64,000 nucleotides of DNA. It comes from Ascidiella aspersa (Eukaryota). The stretch lies in assembly GCA_963924565.1 (NCBI GenBank), contig OZ004608.1, forward strand, positions 9,486,001 to 9,550,000, in the 5' to 3' direction. A program made the position numbers and the translations under genes. The notes beneath the pieces are model-generated. The model was not told the DNA's origin and did not search any database. It worked only from the letters and a program-made list of their open reading frames with translations. Numbering within the stretch: position 1 is the first letter of the stretch; every line of letters starts with the position of its first letter. This document shows positions 38,950 to 64,000 of the stretch, one piece after another.

Positions 38950-41826
38950 TCAGTGGCCGGATTTCAAGCGCTGCGAGTTCGTGCTCCGCTTTAGCTTCGA
39001 GTCAATGTTCCTCTTCTTGTTTACGTCATCTAGCCATCGCAGGATCATATCGGTCTTGCGAGAGTCGCAGAAGTTGATGTGGTCGGGCATGGACGGGATG
39101 GGCTGGAAGTCGGTGGCCGGCGGCATTTCTGGGCCGTTCTTCGCCGAGTTGGTGGCTGAGGTTGAGGTGTTGTCCAACGACGCTTTCGGGGTGCTTTGCC
39201 GCGGTTTGGGCCGATCAGGCGCCGGTTGCTGCTGCTGATTGTTTGGCGACGCGCGTTTTGTCTGCGGGGATGTAGTGAGGTAAACCCCGCCCTTTGCGCT
39301 GGTCAGCCTCGATCTCAAGTTCTCGGGATTCTGACGCGACTCGGCGCGCGAAATTGGTTTTCCGGGGATGTTATTATTGTTATTATCGAAGCGGCTTCCG
39401 CGCACGGCCGCCGTGAACGCGCTGTTGGCCGTTACAGTGCTGCGCATGCGCGGCGCGCTCGACTGCACAGGGAGGCTGCGTTTCGACCAGGCCGACTGCT
39501 TTGGGAAGTTAGGCATGACAACAGTCTGTCGTTTGGGCACCAGCTTGCTCACCCTAGCCATAGCCTCGTTGCTCCTAGCTTGACCGGCTGTGGAGGCGCG
39601 GCGAGTGGCCTGAGTTCCTCTCCTGATCAGGTCGTTTGGAAGACTGATGGACACGTGGTTGCTGATTATGCGTGACGCCATGTTGGCGACGCGGCGTTGC
39701 GGGTTGCCCGGGTCGGGCGCCTCTTTTTCCGCAGCGACGGGAGCTTTGTCAGTCACCTCTGATCCGCGGCGCTTGGTGACGATCACCTTCATAACCGGCG
39801 TGACAAACGCAGTCTGTTCCTGTCTGTCTTCTGGTAGGGTCCGGCTCGCTACCGAGTCCGAGTCGACGCCCGTTTTCTCCCTGTGGAGACCCTTGGAGTC
39901 GAGCGAGGACACTGACTGGTTGCTGGCGTTCGAAGTCTTCTCCATACGGCTGCGCAGCGACTGCAGTAGCGCCTCGGTGTAGGAAGGCTCGTCGATCTGG
40001 TTCGTAACCACCGCGCAGTTAAAGCGCACCTGTGAAACAGTTTTGTTACAAGCCAGCTTATCCGAATTGTGTAATTGTTTTCATTACAGTTTTCCTTTGT
40101 CTAACCCCATACCTATTTGCCAGTGGTTCATAGAACTTTTGACGTCACGGATCGCTTTTTAAAACGCTATTAAGCATACAGACCCCTAAATATTTTAACA
40201 CTGAGGCAACCTTTTAAATATATTGACTTTTTTAAAAGCGACAATGTAGATCAAAATCAAAAAAGTACTCCAAGTTACATAAAGAGTTGGTACCTTCCAT
40301 TACAAAACTTTGCTAATTTTCAGTGCGTCCGTATACTTTCTGGAATCTTTCTACGGACCTATAGTTGGAAATAACCTTTTTACAGTTGCGGTTTCACCGT
40401 ATTGTTTTTAGCACGCGCACCCTTTTTTCATCGCCGACAGTCGCAGCGATTTCAAAGAAAGCACCAATGGAATGGGTTTCAACAACCAAATTAATTTTGA
40501 ATCGTTTCTTGCTTGCCTATATTCTCCTAATACAGTGTTGTTCAACCTTCCTCTTCCTTCATATGCTTTCATCAACCTGTGCCTCCATACATACGTTTCA
40601 GATAAACAGGTCACGAAACGACGCAGGGAATTCTATAACTATTATTAACATAATCTTATATTTATCGGACTATAAAAAGAGAAGATGGGTTGGCCTAACA
40701 AAATTATAAGAAACTTCGCTGTAGAGGTAAGGCGTCCTACAGGGCGTAAAACAGGTACCGGTAACATACATACCTTCTTTTCCACTTTGGTAGGCGTGGC
40801 CGCCGTCGAACTACCGGTCTCCTTGTGAGATCGACGCATCAGCGCCGAGACCAGGGAATCCAGGGTCTCTTCGTTTGTGTTAGTCGGGCTCTTGGTACGC
40901 GAGTCGTTTGCGTTCTCAACACTGCTTGGGTCAGTAGGACGAGGGTCCTCAATTGGAAGAGGCTGGGGCTTTTCGATTGGGGCGGGGGCGATTTTGTCGA
41001 TCTTCTTGCCTTCTATGTCGATCGAAGGCACGTCCACAACGCTAGCGCCGTCGCCTCTTCCGCGGATCTCGTAGAAGGGCACGTAGTTGACAGAAGAGCG
41101 CTGAGACAAGTTGCCGAACTGGTGGTAGAGGCCGGGCCTTACTTGTTGCTGGTGGTGATGGTTGTAATGCGGTAGCGGCGGTTTCTGGTCCTGGGGGAAC
41201 ACGCTGTGGCCGTTGGCGGCGATGGAGGCGTGCACTGCGGACCAGGCCGCGCTTGCCGCAACACCTGTGGACGCCGATCCGCCGCGACTGAACACGTTGC
41301 TCATGCTGGGCTCACTCGTTTGTACTCCAGATGGGATACGGATTCTATCTTTGTCGCTTAGACTTCGCGGCGTGCTGTTGTTGCTTGCGTGCGAAGGGTG
41401 GGCGAAAGAGCGCAAACCGCGACGCCGTTTATAGGCGGCGCTGTTTGACGACTTCTGCTTCTGCTGGAAGAGGTTAGGCAGCTTCTCAGCTTGCTGCTGG
41501 TACCTGGACTCGCCCAGCGCGTGCTGTTTGTATAGCGACGCTATAAGCGAAGTTGTAGGGTAGGAGGTGACAGGTTTGAACCTGGTGTAGGTCGCTTGTC
41601 CGTTGGTGCCTGGGCCTGTGACGGCCTTGCTTCCACGGATGTAGTGGTCCAGGTCTTGTTCAGTGACCAGGGCGCTGTTGATCCGGCCCGTGATGCCCCC
41701 GGCGTCCTCGAAGCGCCTGGCGCCGCCGGTGCCTCTGGGGCCCGGGGCGTCGACCGGCGCCGTGTGGGGAAACACCGACTTGCCGCCGTGGTGGTAGGCC
41801 TGGTCGTGGAACATCTTTACGGCCAT
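38950..41826 (-). CDS. Uncharacterised ~710-aa Ser/Pro/Arg-rich, probably disordered protein; two coding exons
   Basis: Two long GC-rich ORFs joined in phase 0 by a canonical intron: exon 41826-40774 (AAG|GTATGT) and exon 40029-38950 (TTTCACAG|GTG). No domain recognised. Confidence 0.8.
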
Positions 41827-42406
41827 TTTGCGAACACGGCAAGTTTTTGTTTTATATTTATCCCTGCGTCAACATAAAGTTTGCTTAAAGTTAGACGTAT
41901 ATAAAACACCAAGGTTATTTTTACATACATATTTGTTTTAATATATCAAAAGTTTCCTTTCAAGTTAACCTAGAGCCATTAATCAGCATGGTCCAGGGGT
42001 TGAATGAAACATGAACTGTATGCTGATGAATCCCGCCGGTAGCACCGACTAGCTCTTTGTTATCAGTGTAGCGGCTCCCAATCTATGACAGCTGTAATCA
42101 TGGCGGCATTAATATTTGATTTTGTGGATCGTTGCCTATAGTTTATTTTGTGCATTGTTGCCTATTAATATTAACACATACCGGTATCCGCTTTGGTTTT
42201 GACATTATTTAATCACAGCGTCAATTACTGCCCAACTTTTACATGTATTAAATTTTGACTTTTTTATGCATTTACACACGCGTGGTCGTTACGGTGATCG
42301 AACCCTTCGGTAGTCTTCCTAGTATCTAATGATACACCGAAAAGCCATCGCAGACTCGCCGAATCTGTCGATCTATGATGCAAGCAGAGCAAGCCAGAAA
42401 AACAAC

Positions 42407-42450
42407 TGGCCTGCAGTGTGGTTCGAACTCACGACCTCCGGTCAAGCAGT
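42407..42450 (-). repeat. tRNA-like 3' half with B-box; probably a SINE head remnant
   Basis: Minus strand reads ...GGAGGTCGTGAGTTCGAACCACACTGCAGGCCA: T-loop GTTCGAAC with a partial T-stem. No complete cloverleaf. Confidence 0.4.
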
Positions 42451-45400
42451 AATCGTTGGTCATAAAGCAACTTCCGAGGGGCTAGATCACAGATGTTATT
42501 AAACACATATGTTTGTGTGTGTCTTTCATTTCATAGTGTCTAATGACAACGGCACACTGAATCCTTGATTAATCGACTGATTTCGGCCCTAAAGACTTTA
42601 TTTTAAAACATTCATTGGCCTTCCGCAATTTTTCGGTAAATATCCTAGTACCTATTCGGGACCCAGTCACTTGTCACTATCTCCGTTGGCTTGACTCGGT
42701 GGTTTCCAACCTGTAGTACACGTACGACTATTTGTACAAAATCCTCCAGGTTTTGTTTAAATTTACTTATATGCAATATCGTTGTGGCTTTCGTAAGCTG
42801 TACGCACTGTTTTACAAATTCCATTGACGTTTTATCTACCATCTGCGGTAAGCTCTATGAGAGAGGAGATTTTTTTCATTTTGGGCTTTAATAAACAAAC
42901 AAAAATTTGGAAAACATTTAGGACCACTAGTCTAACCAATAGTCTATACATTTGCGACTTGAATAAAGTTTTTTTTATTATAAAAACACGGGTTGTCATC
43001 TTCATCAACATGATCACAACTGTCATCTTTATACTGCATAAACGCCAATAAACTCTTCAACCCTTTCGCTATGTTTACCTTGCCTTCGCACGCATCGCCA
43101 AGTTGGCCCTCGACTCTGAGAAAATCGTCGAAATAAACTTTCACTTTGGAGTGCCCTGTCGGCAAAACACTCAGGTTGCGATCGCGGTGGCACGAAGCGC
43201 GGGCTTGGGCCCTCTTCAGGCCGCAATCATGGCGTAATGTGTCTGGTGAACTCCGCTCTCCACAGGCCTCACCCCTTCACACAAACACAGTCGCGCATAT
43301 GTAATACACCCGGCGTTACCTTTAAATCGCGCCAAACAATCCGAGTCCCTCGCGCCATTGTTTCGCCTGGCAACAGTAAGCGTTCTCCGAGCGCTTTTAA
43401 AGCCGTCGGGACAAGGCCGTCGCGAAACACGAGCGCCCAGTAATCTCCGCGGTCCGTCTCTGACACCCGAGCCGGCCAATACGCGTCCCTGGGCCTTGTC
43501 GAACGTGTAGCCGCTGGCGAGCCTTTTGTGCCCGGTGTTTACTTTTCATCAGAATATCTAATTGAAACAAGTGCTTCGCGCGGCCGACAAACAATCAAGC
43601 CCGTTCCGCTTTTGGAATTGGCCGGCCTGAACGCTGTGGTTGTATAGCTAGCAGCCTTTTCCATTTATCACATGCCTTTGGAAATGCTGTTCATCACTAA
43701 ACTAGTCTGAAATAAGTTTTGACTTGACGGGTTAAGCAAAATGCATTTACTTGAATTTAAGTTATTTTATGAAATGATTTGACCAGAGCCAATGAGTTTT
43801 ATTGAATCAAATTATTCTAAATGTGGCTTGGTTCTTCAGAATTTTAATACAAAACAGTTTTTGTTTTTTGTGCTAAATTTTTAATGCTTGTAAGATGTAA
43901 AGAGCTAAAACATATTATTTTAATCGTTTCAACAATTTCCTATTTGTTTTATAAAATTACTTTTTTGATAACTGATTAAATGGTCTTTACATGCTGTTAA
44001 CAGACTTGTGTCAATTAAAAAATAACCAGTTTTTCCCGCCTTTTCAGTAAAAATTTGCCAGCTTAATGTGAAAAGGGGCAGCCGTACGCTGTTCAAAAAT
44101 ATAGGTTTTGTGAATTGGCAAAGCGGGAATAAAGCCAAAAGGCTTGTTAAAAATGAGAGCCAGGACCACTTAGAAGCGGCCGTGTAAGCTGACCTACCGT
44201 GACCCAACTCGCCTTTCTTCTGTGAGTCGTCGGAAGAAACTATGTTCAGGAAACAAGCAGGTGTGCGAGTTTATGTGTGTGTGTGTGTATGAAGCGGGAA
44301 CCCGCGCGACATTTGCTAATGTGACATGATTTGGAAAGTCGAAACTTGCTTGATGACTTGTTACGTTGTTTTGATCCTTGCTCCTTTTCATGGCTACTTC
44401 CTGTTGTTGGCGAACACGTATTCTATTTATATATACTATAGAAGTCCCCGGGTTATGAAAACAATCGTTGATTTTTATTCAATTTTTCATATCGATCTGG
44501 TGTGATATTGATGTAAGTTTTTTTTACATTTGAAAAAAGAACTGAAACTAAGTATAAAAATCTGCTATTTGTAAGCATATTATATACTGTATACCTCTTG
44601 CCAATAAGGTTAAAACCATTTTCCTATGTATAGACTCAAGTTAACAGGGTCTAGAAGAAGATATCAACGAGTAAACAAACCTAAATATGTCTGTGTGAAA
44701 GTGAGGGAAATTTAATTGAAGCAGCTTATATTTTTTAGGACAAAAAATTGAAATTAAACATAATGTTTATCAACTGTCAAATATAAAGCACCCTAGGTTA
44801 CGTCGTTTAAGTGTAGCCTACTTAAAAAACTGCAAACAAGATTGTCAGTCGTTTCGTGTGGAATTACGCCCAGCTACATTATTGTAATTATGGGTCTGTC
44901 CGTAATAGTCTACTTGTCGTTTTATTCTGATACCCACACACGATATTTTAAACAAAAAGTATTGCGGCCAAATCCATTACTAAATGTCGTGATTACTATG
45001 CTCAAACAAGCAATATAGGCCTATACAAAATTGAACGTTCAAAGATGTTTTTTTTTCAGTTTTTTATCCAAAAAATTGCATTAACGTTAAGACGTTGAGT
45101 TACCTCCAGTTTCTAATCTACTATTTTTCGAGAAACTGACCTTTCAAGGCACAAAAAACACTGAATTAGAACACAAATCATTGCTAAAATTCCTATATTG
45201 ATTTGGCAATGAATAGGCACCTATACCGTCTCAGTATCGGGCGAGAACAGATACTAGGCTACTACTTGGCGTCGCGGGTATCGGCTCCAATCTGATATTA
45301 TCAGACAAATGTAATTTTGACCAGTTCAGATCTAACATGCGTTTTTTTGGTTAAAGCAACGCCTATCTATATGTTGTAGATAGGCGTTGATTAAAGTAAT

Positions 45401-45682
45401 AAAGATTTTTGGTAATATGAAGCCACAATAAGAGTAAAACAGAGAGTTGCATGTAGTCTACAAATACTTAAAATTCTTCGCTTGGCGAGATTCTAATTTT
45501 AAGTTCTTAATAAAGCATGTCTTTCTTTTCTCGCTTTTCATAAGCATTGTAAAAATGAAAACCTAAAATAACCATTTTTTTCTTGCCTTACAAAACGTGA
45601 TATTTACAACGAATTTATTCTCAGCTTACGCAAGCTTAGCGTTATTTCGCAAATTCGGTAGAATTTCATAAATATTGTTAAA

Positions 45683-48600
45683 ATGTCGTACTACAAATTC
45701 TCAGTCAAGCATATCATTTTCAGGTAAGGGTAAGTACCGTGAACAAACCCACTAATATTTTTCACATTGTGTACTGGACCTGGTGTTTTGTAATAAAAAT
45801 AAATATGGATTGTTGACAACCATTTCCTAAATTGTTATAACCGTTTTATATTTTTAAAAGTTAATTTTATCCTTTTTATATTTTGGTTAGTTGCAACCAA
45901 TAATAAAAGCTGTTTTTTTGTGTTTCTTTGCTTTCCCGTTTCCCCCTTGGTTCTTCCCTGGCCGGCATTCTATGGCAGGTGCACACCCCAGATTTTTTTG
46001 AAAACAATTTTTTGTGCACACTTGAAATAGTGACATAAGCCGAAAGTCGGAGTTGTGTTAGATTCTAGATCTCAGTTGTGAAAACCTTGATAGCAGACCT
46101 GTACACCGCAAAATTTAGCGCTGCACACCGAGATCTTGGCGAGAAGTGACAAATACAGACTGGGCTCCCCTTGCAGTTAAATATAAACCCCGTTTCTAAT
46201 AAAAAAATGTACATAAATCTTCACAAGGAGATTAAATGTTTATCAAGATGCCTTAAGATACTATAGACGTGTAAGTATATATGGGCATTATTAGTCTCAT
46301 ATTTAAAGGAGAATATTGGCACTTTAGGCGCATTATGTATATTTTTGGTTATTTTACAAACTTATTGACTGATGAGTGATGACATGTCAGGAGAGTCCAA
46401 ATACGATATATAATTTTATAAAAAACATTAACTTCTACAGCTTAACCACAGTTTCCATGTGTGATTTTAACCTAAAATTAAAATTAGAAAATAACGGCAT
46501 TGGGGAACCGTTTGTTATAAGAAAATGTGTCCCTACAATGAAATGGACATTTGCTTCGTTAAATCCAAAAAAATTGTCACAAATGCTCGGAAACAAGAAG
46601 CTGAAGTTTCGAGTAGGAAAAATAACCAAATCAAAATCAGGTATGTTTAACTTTGACAGCTATTTGTGTCTCACAGCATAAAAAATAAATTTGTTTTCCA
46701 GTACATATATGGCAAATAAAGACAAAGCTGGATAAATTTTATTTTGTATGAACTTAGCTGTGACCACATACAGCAACTTTAGAAACTGTTGCGGCGATTT
46801 AAAAACAGACTGATTTAAGCTTAAAACAGTGGTTCCTAAACTTTGTGAGACACAACCCCCTTTTACAGTTTTAACAAAACTTGTGCCCAACTTGTTTCAA
46901 ATCAAAAAACATAAACAGCAATTTATTTCCAGGTAAGTTGCATTAATACAAATGATGTAACGTTTTTTTGGATATCAAATGTTTAATTCGAGGATTAGTA
47001 GCAGGGAAATATAACTTTGTCTTAATGTTTGGTCATAATTTATACAGAGTTTGTCAATTTCTCGCGCCCCCCTTGTGAACCTCACACACCCCGAAGGGGG
47101 TCCGCCCACCAGTTTAAGAACCACTGGCTAAAAGAATATATACAATATTTCTGTATTTCAACAAATACTCTTTTAACAAGAGCTAAACTGGGAACATGAG
47201 AGTGAGTTCATATTTGCCTCAATGGAAGAATTCATCCAATGGAGTGAATCAAACAAGCCTTTGCACACTGGACCATTTAAGCAGTTTACCAAATCAAAAA
47301 ATTGGTGCTATGCAGACTATATGTATGTAAAAGACCTATTTGAATCGCACCCTTATTTTAATTTGGCTGAGTCTATTGATTGGAGCACATTGGGCTTTTC
47401 TAAGAATGAAGGTCAAGATTCTGCTGTTTGGATTGGTTCTCCAGGAGCAAATACAGTGTGTCATTATGACACTTATGGCTACAACTTGGTATATCAGGTT
47501 AGTGTAGTTGCTAAATTGGTTATTTTTAGTTATATGAAATTTCATAATTAGGACAATTTTAATACATTTATCTTTTTTTTTGTAACATGATTCGAATATA
47601 CTTTTGCTCTCAGTCATTGTTTCAATTGTAAAATGGTTCTCTGTGGCAATTATTTTAAAATTGTTCTTTCCAGCAAAATGTATTGGTAAAGAGATTTATT
47701 GTTCATTTTAAAATTATAATTTCATGGTATGATAAAATATGTTATTTCTCAAACATAGTGAGCATATTTGTGCTAATTAAAATCATAATTTTAAACAAAA
47801 TTACATTTTAGGTGTATGGAAGTAAGAGATGGATTATGTTTCCTCCTTCAAACACGAGCTACCTTTATCCTACTAGATTACCTTATGAAGAGTCCAGCAT
47901 TTTCAGTAAAGTTAACGTTTTGGCTCCAGACTTTAAACAACATGAAAGGTGTGGTTTTATGTGTAGATTTGTCTCTAATTGCCTGTTAACAGTGTTCGCG
48001 TGGCAGGTTTACGAAGAGTAACCCTTACATAGTGATCTTGGAAGCTGGTGATTTACTTTATGTTCCACATCATTGGTGGCATTCGGTGGAAAACTTGGAA
48101 CTAAGCATCAGTGTTAATGCATGGTTTCCTGTGGTAAGTGAATGAGCTGTTGTGTTATTTATAAAAAAACACTAGTTAGATAAAAAATAATAAAGTATTT
48201 TTAATAAATAAGTCCGGTTTTGTTTGGCACAAAATAAATAAGTTGGTTTATGTTTGCTTTATTTTCAGGATTAGCAGTAGTTGTTAAAAAACTAAATATC
48301 ATATATATGATAGTATATTTTAAATCTATAAAATGACAGACTCAAAATTTGTAAGGATATATTTTTAGAATACCTAGCACTAGTACGCCAACTGAAATCG
48401 AAAATTATCCGGGTTCTTGTTGCAGCACTCCTCAAGTTTGTATAAAAAACAACCGATGTTGTTTACAATTACATTGTTCAGCAGTTAGCATATGTTCTGC
48501 TGATAAGAGGTTTTTAAACGATGTGTTACGCCTTTTTAAACGATGTGTTACGCTTGACAGGATCAAGATCACCAAAACCGGCTACAAGAGGCTATCACGC

Positions 48601-49058
48601 AGCTGCTGATTAGCGTAACCTCGGAACAAGATCCCCACTTGGATCGTCTGCTGATTTCCAAAGCGGACCTACCCACTTTCGAACAAAGCTTAAAGACTTT
48701 GCACCAAACTTTTTCTGAGTGCAGCAAAAATAAGGCTTCACACACTGACAGAAAAGTTAGTCCTAGAGTTGAACCAGGGAACGAATGTTGTTGCGCCTTG
48801 TCCGAACCGATTTTTAGTCTCGGAAGCGAGCGTTTTTTGTCGTTGGACCGCTTTTGCGTTGGACACGCCTGTGAGAAGCTGGAACGTTGGAAACCGTTGA
48901 AAGGCGACTTAGTTCTCGGAGACGAGCCTCCGTGCAAGAAGTCTTGCGACTCTACGATTGTCGAAAAACTCGATTTTCAGCAGTTTGTTGAATGCCTGAC
49001 TCGCCCGAAAGTAATCCAATGTATTGTCGACGAATTAAAGCACAATGACTACACGTAA
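45683..49058 (+). CDS. HSPBAP1: HSPB1-associated protein 1 homolog (JmjC/cupin-like)
   Basis: WCYADY, WIGSPGANTVCHYDTYGYNLVYQVYGSKRW, LYPTRLPYEESSIFSKVN, YVPHHWWHSVE, DHQNRLQEAIT; the HxD...H metal triad is intact. Exons: 45683-45723, 46441-46640, 47181-47497, 47812-47948, 48007-48133, 48561-49058. The start could alternatively be ATG 46457. Confidence 0.93.
46827..47126. mobile_element. hAT (Charlie-like) MITE, 300 bp, in HSPBAP1 intron 2
   Basis: TIRs CAGTGGTTCCTAAACT / AGTTTAAGAACCACTG; imperfect 8-bp TSD gcttaaaa / gctaaaag. Confidence 0.75.
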
Positions 49059-49934
49059 TCAAATCTGTTATTTAAATAATTTTCTTTTTTCTGCGTGCTG
49101 TTATACCAGATTCGTTTTTGTTTTGTAGCAAGACGAACTACATGTTTTATCTATTTCCACATAAAAAGTATTTTGAAATCCTACAAAATTGTCTTCTATA
49201 GGCCATTATTATACAAATGGCAAGTTTAATTGAACTAAATATTCAAAAAAAATACTTTGAAATTCAAATCAATTAAATTCATAGACTTTACCTGCCCTAT
49301 AGTTATAGGCCTTTGTCTACTGTATTTTTTCACCACTGGCTAAATTTCATAACATTTATTTTAATAAAGTAAAAGACAGCAAAAAAGTTAGAAAGAAAAA
49401 GAGGAACGTATGCCAGTTGCCAGCGGTAGAAAGCGATTAGTACAATGCAAGTTAAATTTAACGCTGTGAATAGTAGTTAAATTGTACAAGAAATATGCTT
49501 AACGTACACACAGTAAGGAAATTCGTGAAGGCGCGATTGTGTATTCCGCAGTCGATCCATTGACCTCGTAATGTATTTCAGTGACTCCCAGGCAATGCTT
49601 TTGTTTTTTGTATAACTATTGATGTAAAAGCATTTCCAAGCATTAAAAAAAACCTTCGAACAGCAGTTGTACGCTAGGGGTAACACTAGTGGGAATTTAC
49701 ACAATCATTTTAATAGTCTTTTTGCCTAGTTTAGACGCTGCATATGAATATTGTCGCTTGGCCAGTTTTGATAGATAACTCATTTCAATTCTGCTTTCAT
49801 GTGGTTCTTGCCCAGAAAACTACAGGAATACCAGCTTCAAGTGGTACTGGGTGAAGTTGAGAGATGCCTAGCGATCTCACAATGTCCATCAAAACTAAAC
49901 GTTAGTGAATGAGCGATAAACAGTTGTTGCGGAT

Positions 49935-62064
<12,130 letters not shown>

Positions 62065-64000
62065 GTTCGGCGCTGATTCACGCTTTCCGCTTCGTGTTAG
62101 TGCAGTCCGAACGTACAGGCAAACCTATGGGGCCTAATCATTACGCTTTTGAAAAAAACATAAATAATCTGTTATGGACGTTCTTCGTATATCTAACTGA
62201 CAAACACAGTGTAAACTTGAAGCCAAGCGGGATCTCTGGCTTGCCAAGGCAAAATAGCATTGTTTCATTGATGATAGGAGTCGACAGCCTACCTATGGTC
62301 TTAAGGTGCAATAGTGTCTGACGACCTTTTCCAGTTAACACGTAAAACACTGTTTTAACAGTTTTATCATTTTTACTTTGGGTTTATTTGCAATTTTGTG
62401 TGGTGTTACTTAGAAAACGAGGGGTGCATTTTAGGGTAATTTTTGCTTTCTGTTTTGCTTACTAATTTTTTTAAGAATTCATTCTTCAGCAAAAGGTTTC
62501 ACTGACAAAATGACGCTTTATTTACGTTGCCTGCCGTTTCCTTTCTTCACAAAAACGCTTACTGTCAGTTGTCGGAAATAAAAACTCCATGTTTGGCCTA
62601 TCCGCGCTCGTTTTTAGACATGACCGAATGTTGTCGGCGCGTCTTAAGTGAAATCCAAAAACAACGCAAAACTGCACTGCGTGGGCGAAAAGGTCATTCG
62701 ATGACGGGCGCCCAAGTTCGTTTCTTCGGTTTCCCGAACCTATCGATGGCGTTAACGACGTCAAATTCCCAACCGCAAACAGTGTAGACTGTAGACGTGT
62801 GGTGAATCTACAAATTACAAGTTTGGGGTACAAGAACTGTTTCTCGAGATAATGTGTGCGGATTTGTTTCTTCAGACAGTAAGAACATAGTTTGTGAAAG
62901 CTGCACTGCATTTCAATTAACCGGTTTAATTTTCACACCTGACACTATTAAACGCTGTAAAGCTATTGCTTGAGGACTAGAGCCTTCTCTATACATAAAA
63001 AATCTCGTTTTAAGCCTCACTTGGTGAGCAAGACGGCCCTGTGTATACAGTTGACATAGACGACTATCTCCACGTATTCGACTACGCGCGAACTTATGGG
63101 CCATGGTGTACAAATGTCCAACGTCGGAATGCGCCTAAAACTTTGACCAAAATAGTTAAAACATCTGACTTAAACTATAGTCTCCCTTCGTGGTTTCTCG
63201 CTCAATTTGCCTATCGCTAGATATTTGAATTGACCTAGTCAACCTGGCGCCAACATTTTAAATATCCCCTTATCCCATGCCCAAGAGTAGATCTGGCGAA
63301 AGAAGGCGGGGTTTATGCATTTCTCGAAAGCTTTGCTTAATGCCAAATTGTGCGAGCTTTAAGAATACAGAAGGGCTGCTTGTCGGAGCTTACCGTGCGA
63401 GCCCGCAGGCCACATCACGAGCACGGCTAACGCATTTACGCCGCGCTTGTTAAACCTTACGAGGCGAATAGGTCAAATTTTAACGCCCCATTGTTGTACT
63501 CGCGGGTGGCGCGCAAACACACAATTGGGCGTCGACACCCTCACTGTTTCTGCCTGTTCCGGCTGCCAGTTGAACATACCACTGAACTAACTTTCGTATT
63601 GCAATGAAATTTTGTTAGATCCTATCTACGATTAATACCTAAACGCAGAAACTTGCTAAACATTATATTGACAATGATACGACTGAACCACAAGTGGAGT
63701 GACTGTAAACGCTCGCCCCATCAAGTCCTGTCGTTACTTGGCCTTAAAAACAGGCTATTGGGCCATCACAAAGTAAAGGAACTAAAGTAGGTATACCTAA
63801 AAGCACAGTGTGATATTTTAGATAATTTTCACAAGTCCCATTCGCCAACTGTTGTTTTACCATGTGATATCAGCGCAACAGTCGATGTTTTCGGCGTTTC
63901 CTTGATTTGATAACAAGGAATGGCCACACAAATCTCCTTATGGCAGTAAAGTGCCTAACACACCTGTCCGATAGGGCTAACGTCGATTTGATTTCCTGAA

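Noticed and set aside
42407-42480. Functional tRNA gene
   Set aside because: Only a T-arm-like half is present; no D-arm or acceptor stem pairing.
42645-43600. Overlapping short ORFs with tyrosine-recombinase look-alike words (SPDTLRH..TGHS; LRATAIAT)
   Set aside because: The motifs lie in different frames or have the wrong spacing, there are multiple stops, and the catalytic Tyr is not properly placed. The GC-rich patch is better explained as a promoter or UTR exon.

Overview
AT-rich, intron-rich eukaryotic DNA from a compact invertebrate genome (an ascidian or other invertebrate chordate is plausible but unproven). Seven protein-coding genes can be reconstructed by hand: the first coding exon of a class A GPCR (-, runs off the left edge), POT1 (-), DNAJB13 (+, uninterrupted CDS, head-to-head with POT1), an Aa_trans/AVT1-like amino-acid transporter (+), an unrecognised ~710-aa low-complexity protein (-), HSPBAP1 (+), and TMEM26 (-). 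Also present are a 5'-truncated, disabled Ty3/Gypsy element with polypurine tract and 3' LTR, and several hAT- and Tc1-type MITEs. The most notable signals are in TMEM26. (i) Three distinct minimal, Penelope-type hammerhead ribozyme motifs lie within 3.7 kb of introns 6-7. The only one in the sense orientation has its 3' half covered by a perfect 54-bp inverted repeat, which could lock it off. (ii) A 425-codon exon inserts furin-type cleavage sites, a polybasic segment and a mucin-like stalk into the loop after the third hydrophobic segment. All calls are from manual reading; no database searches were run.
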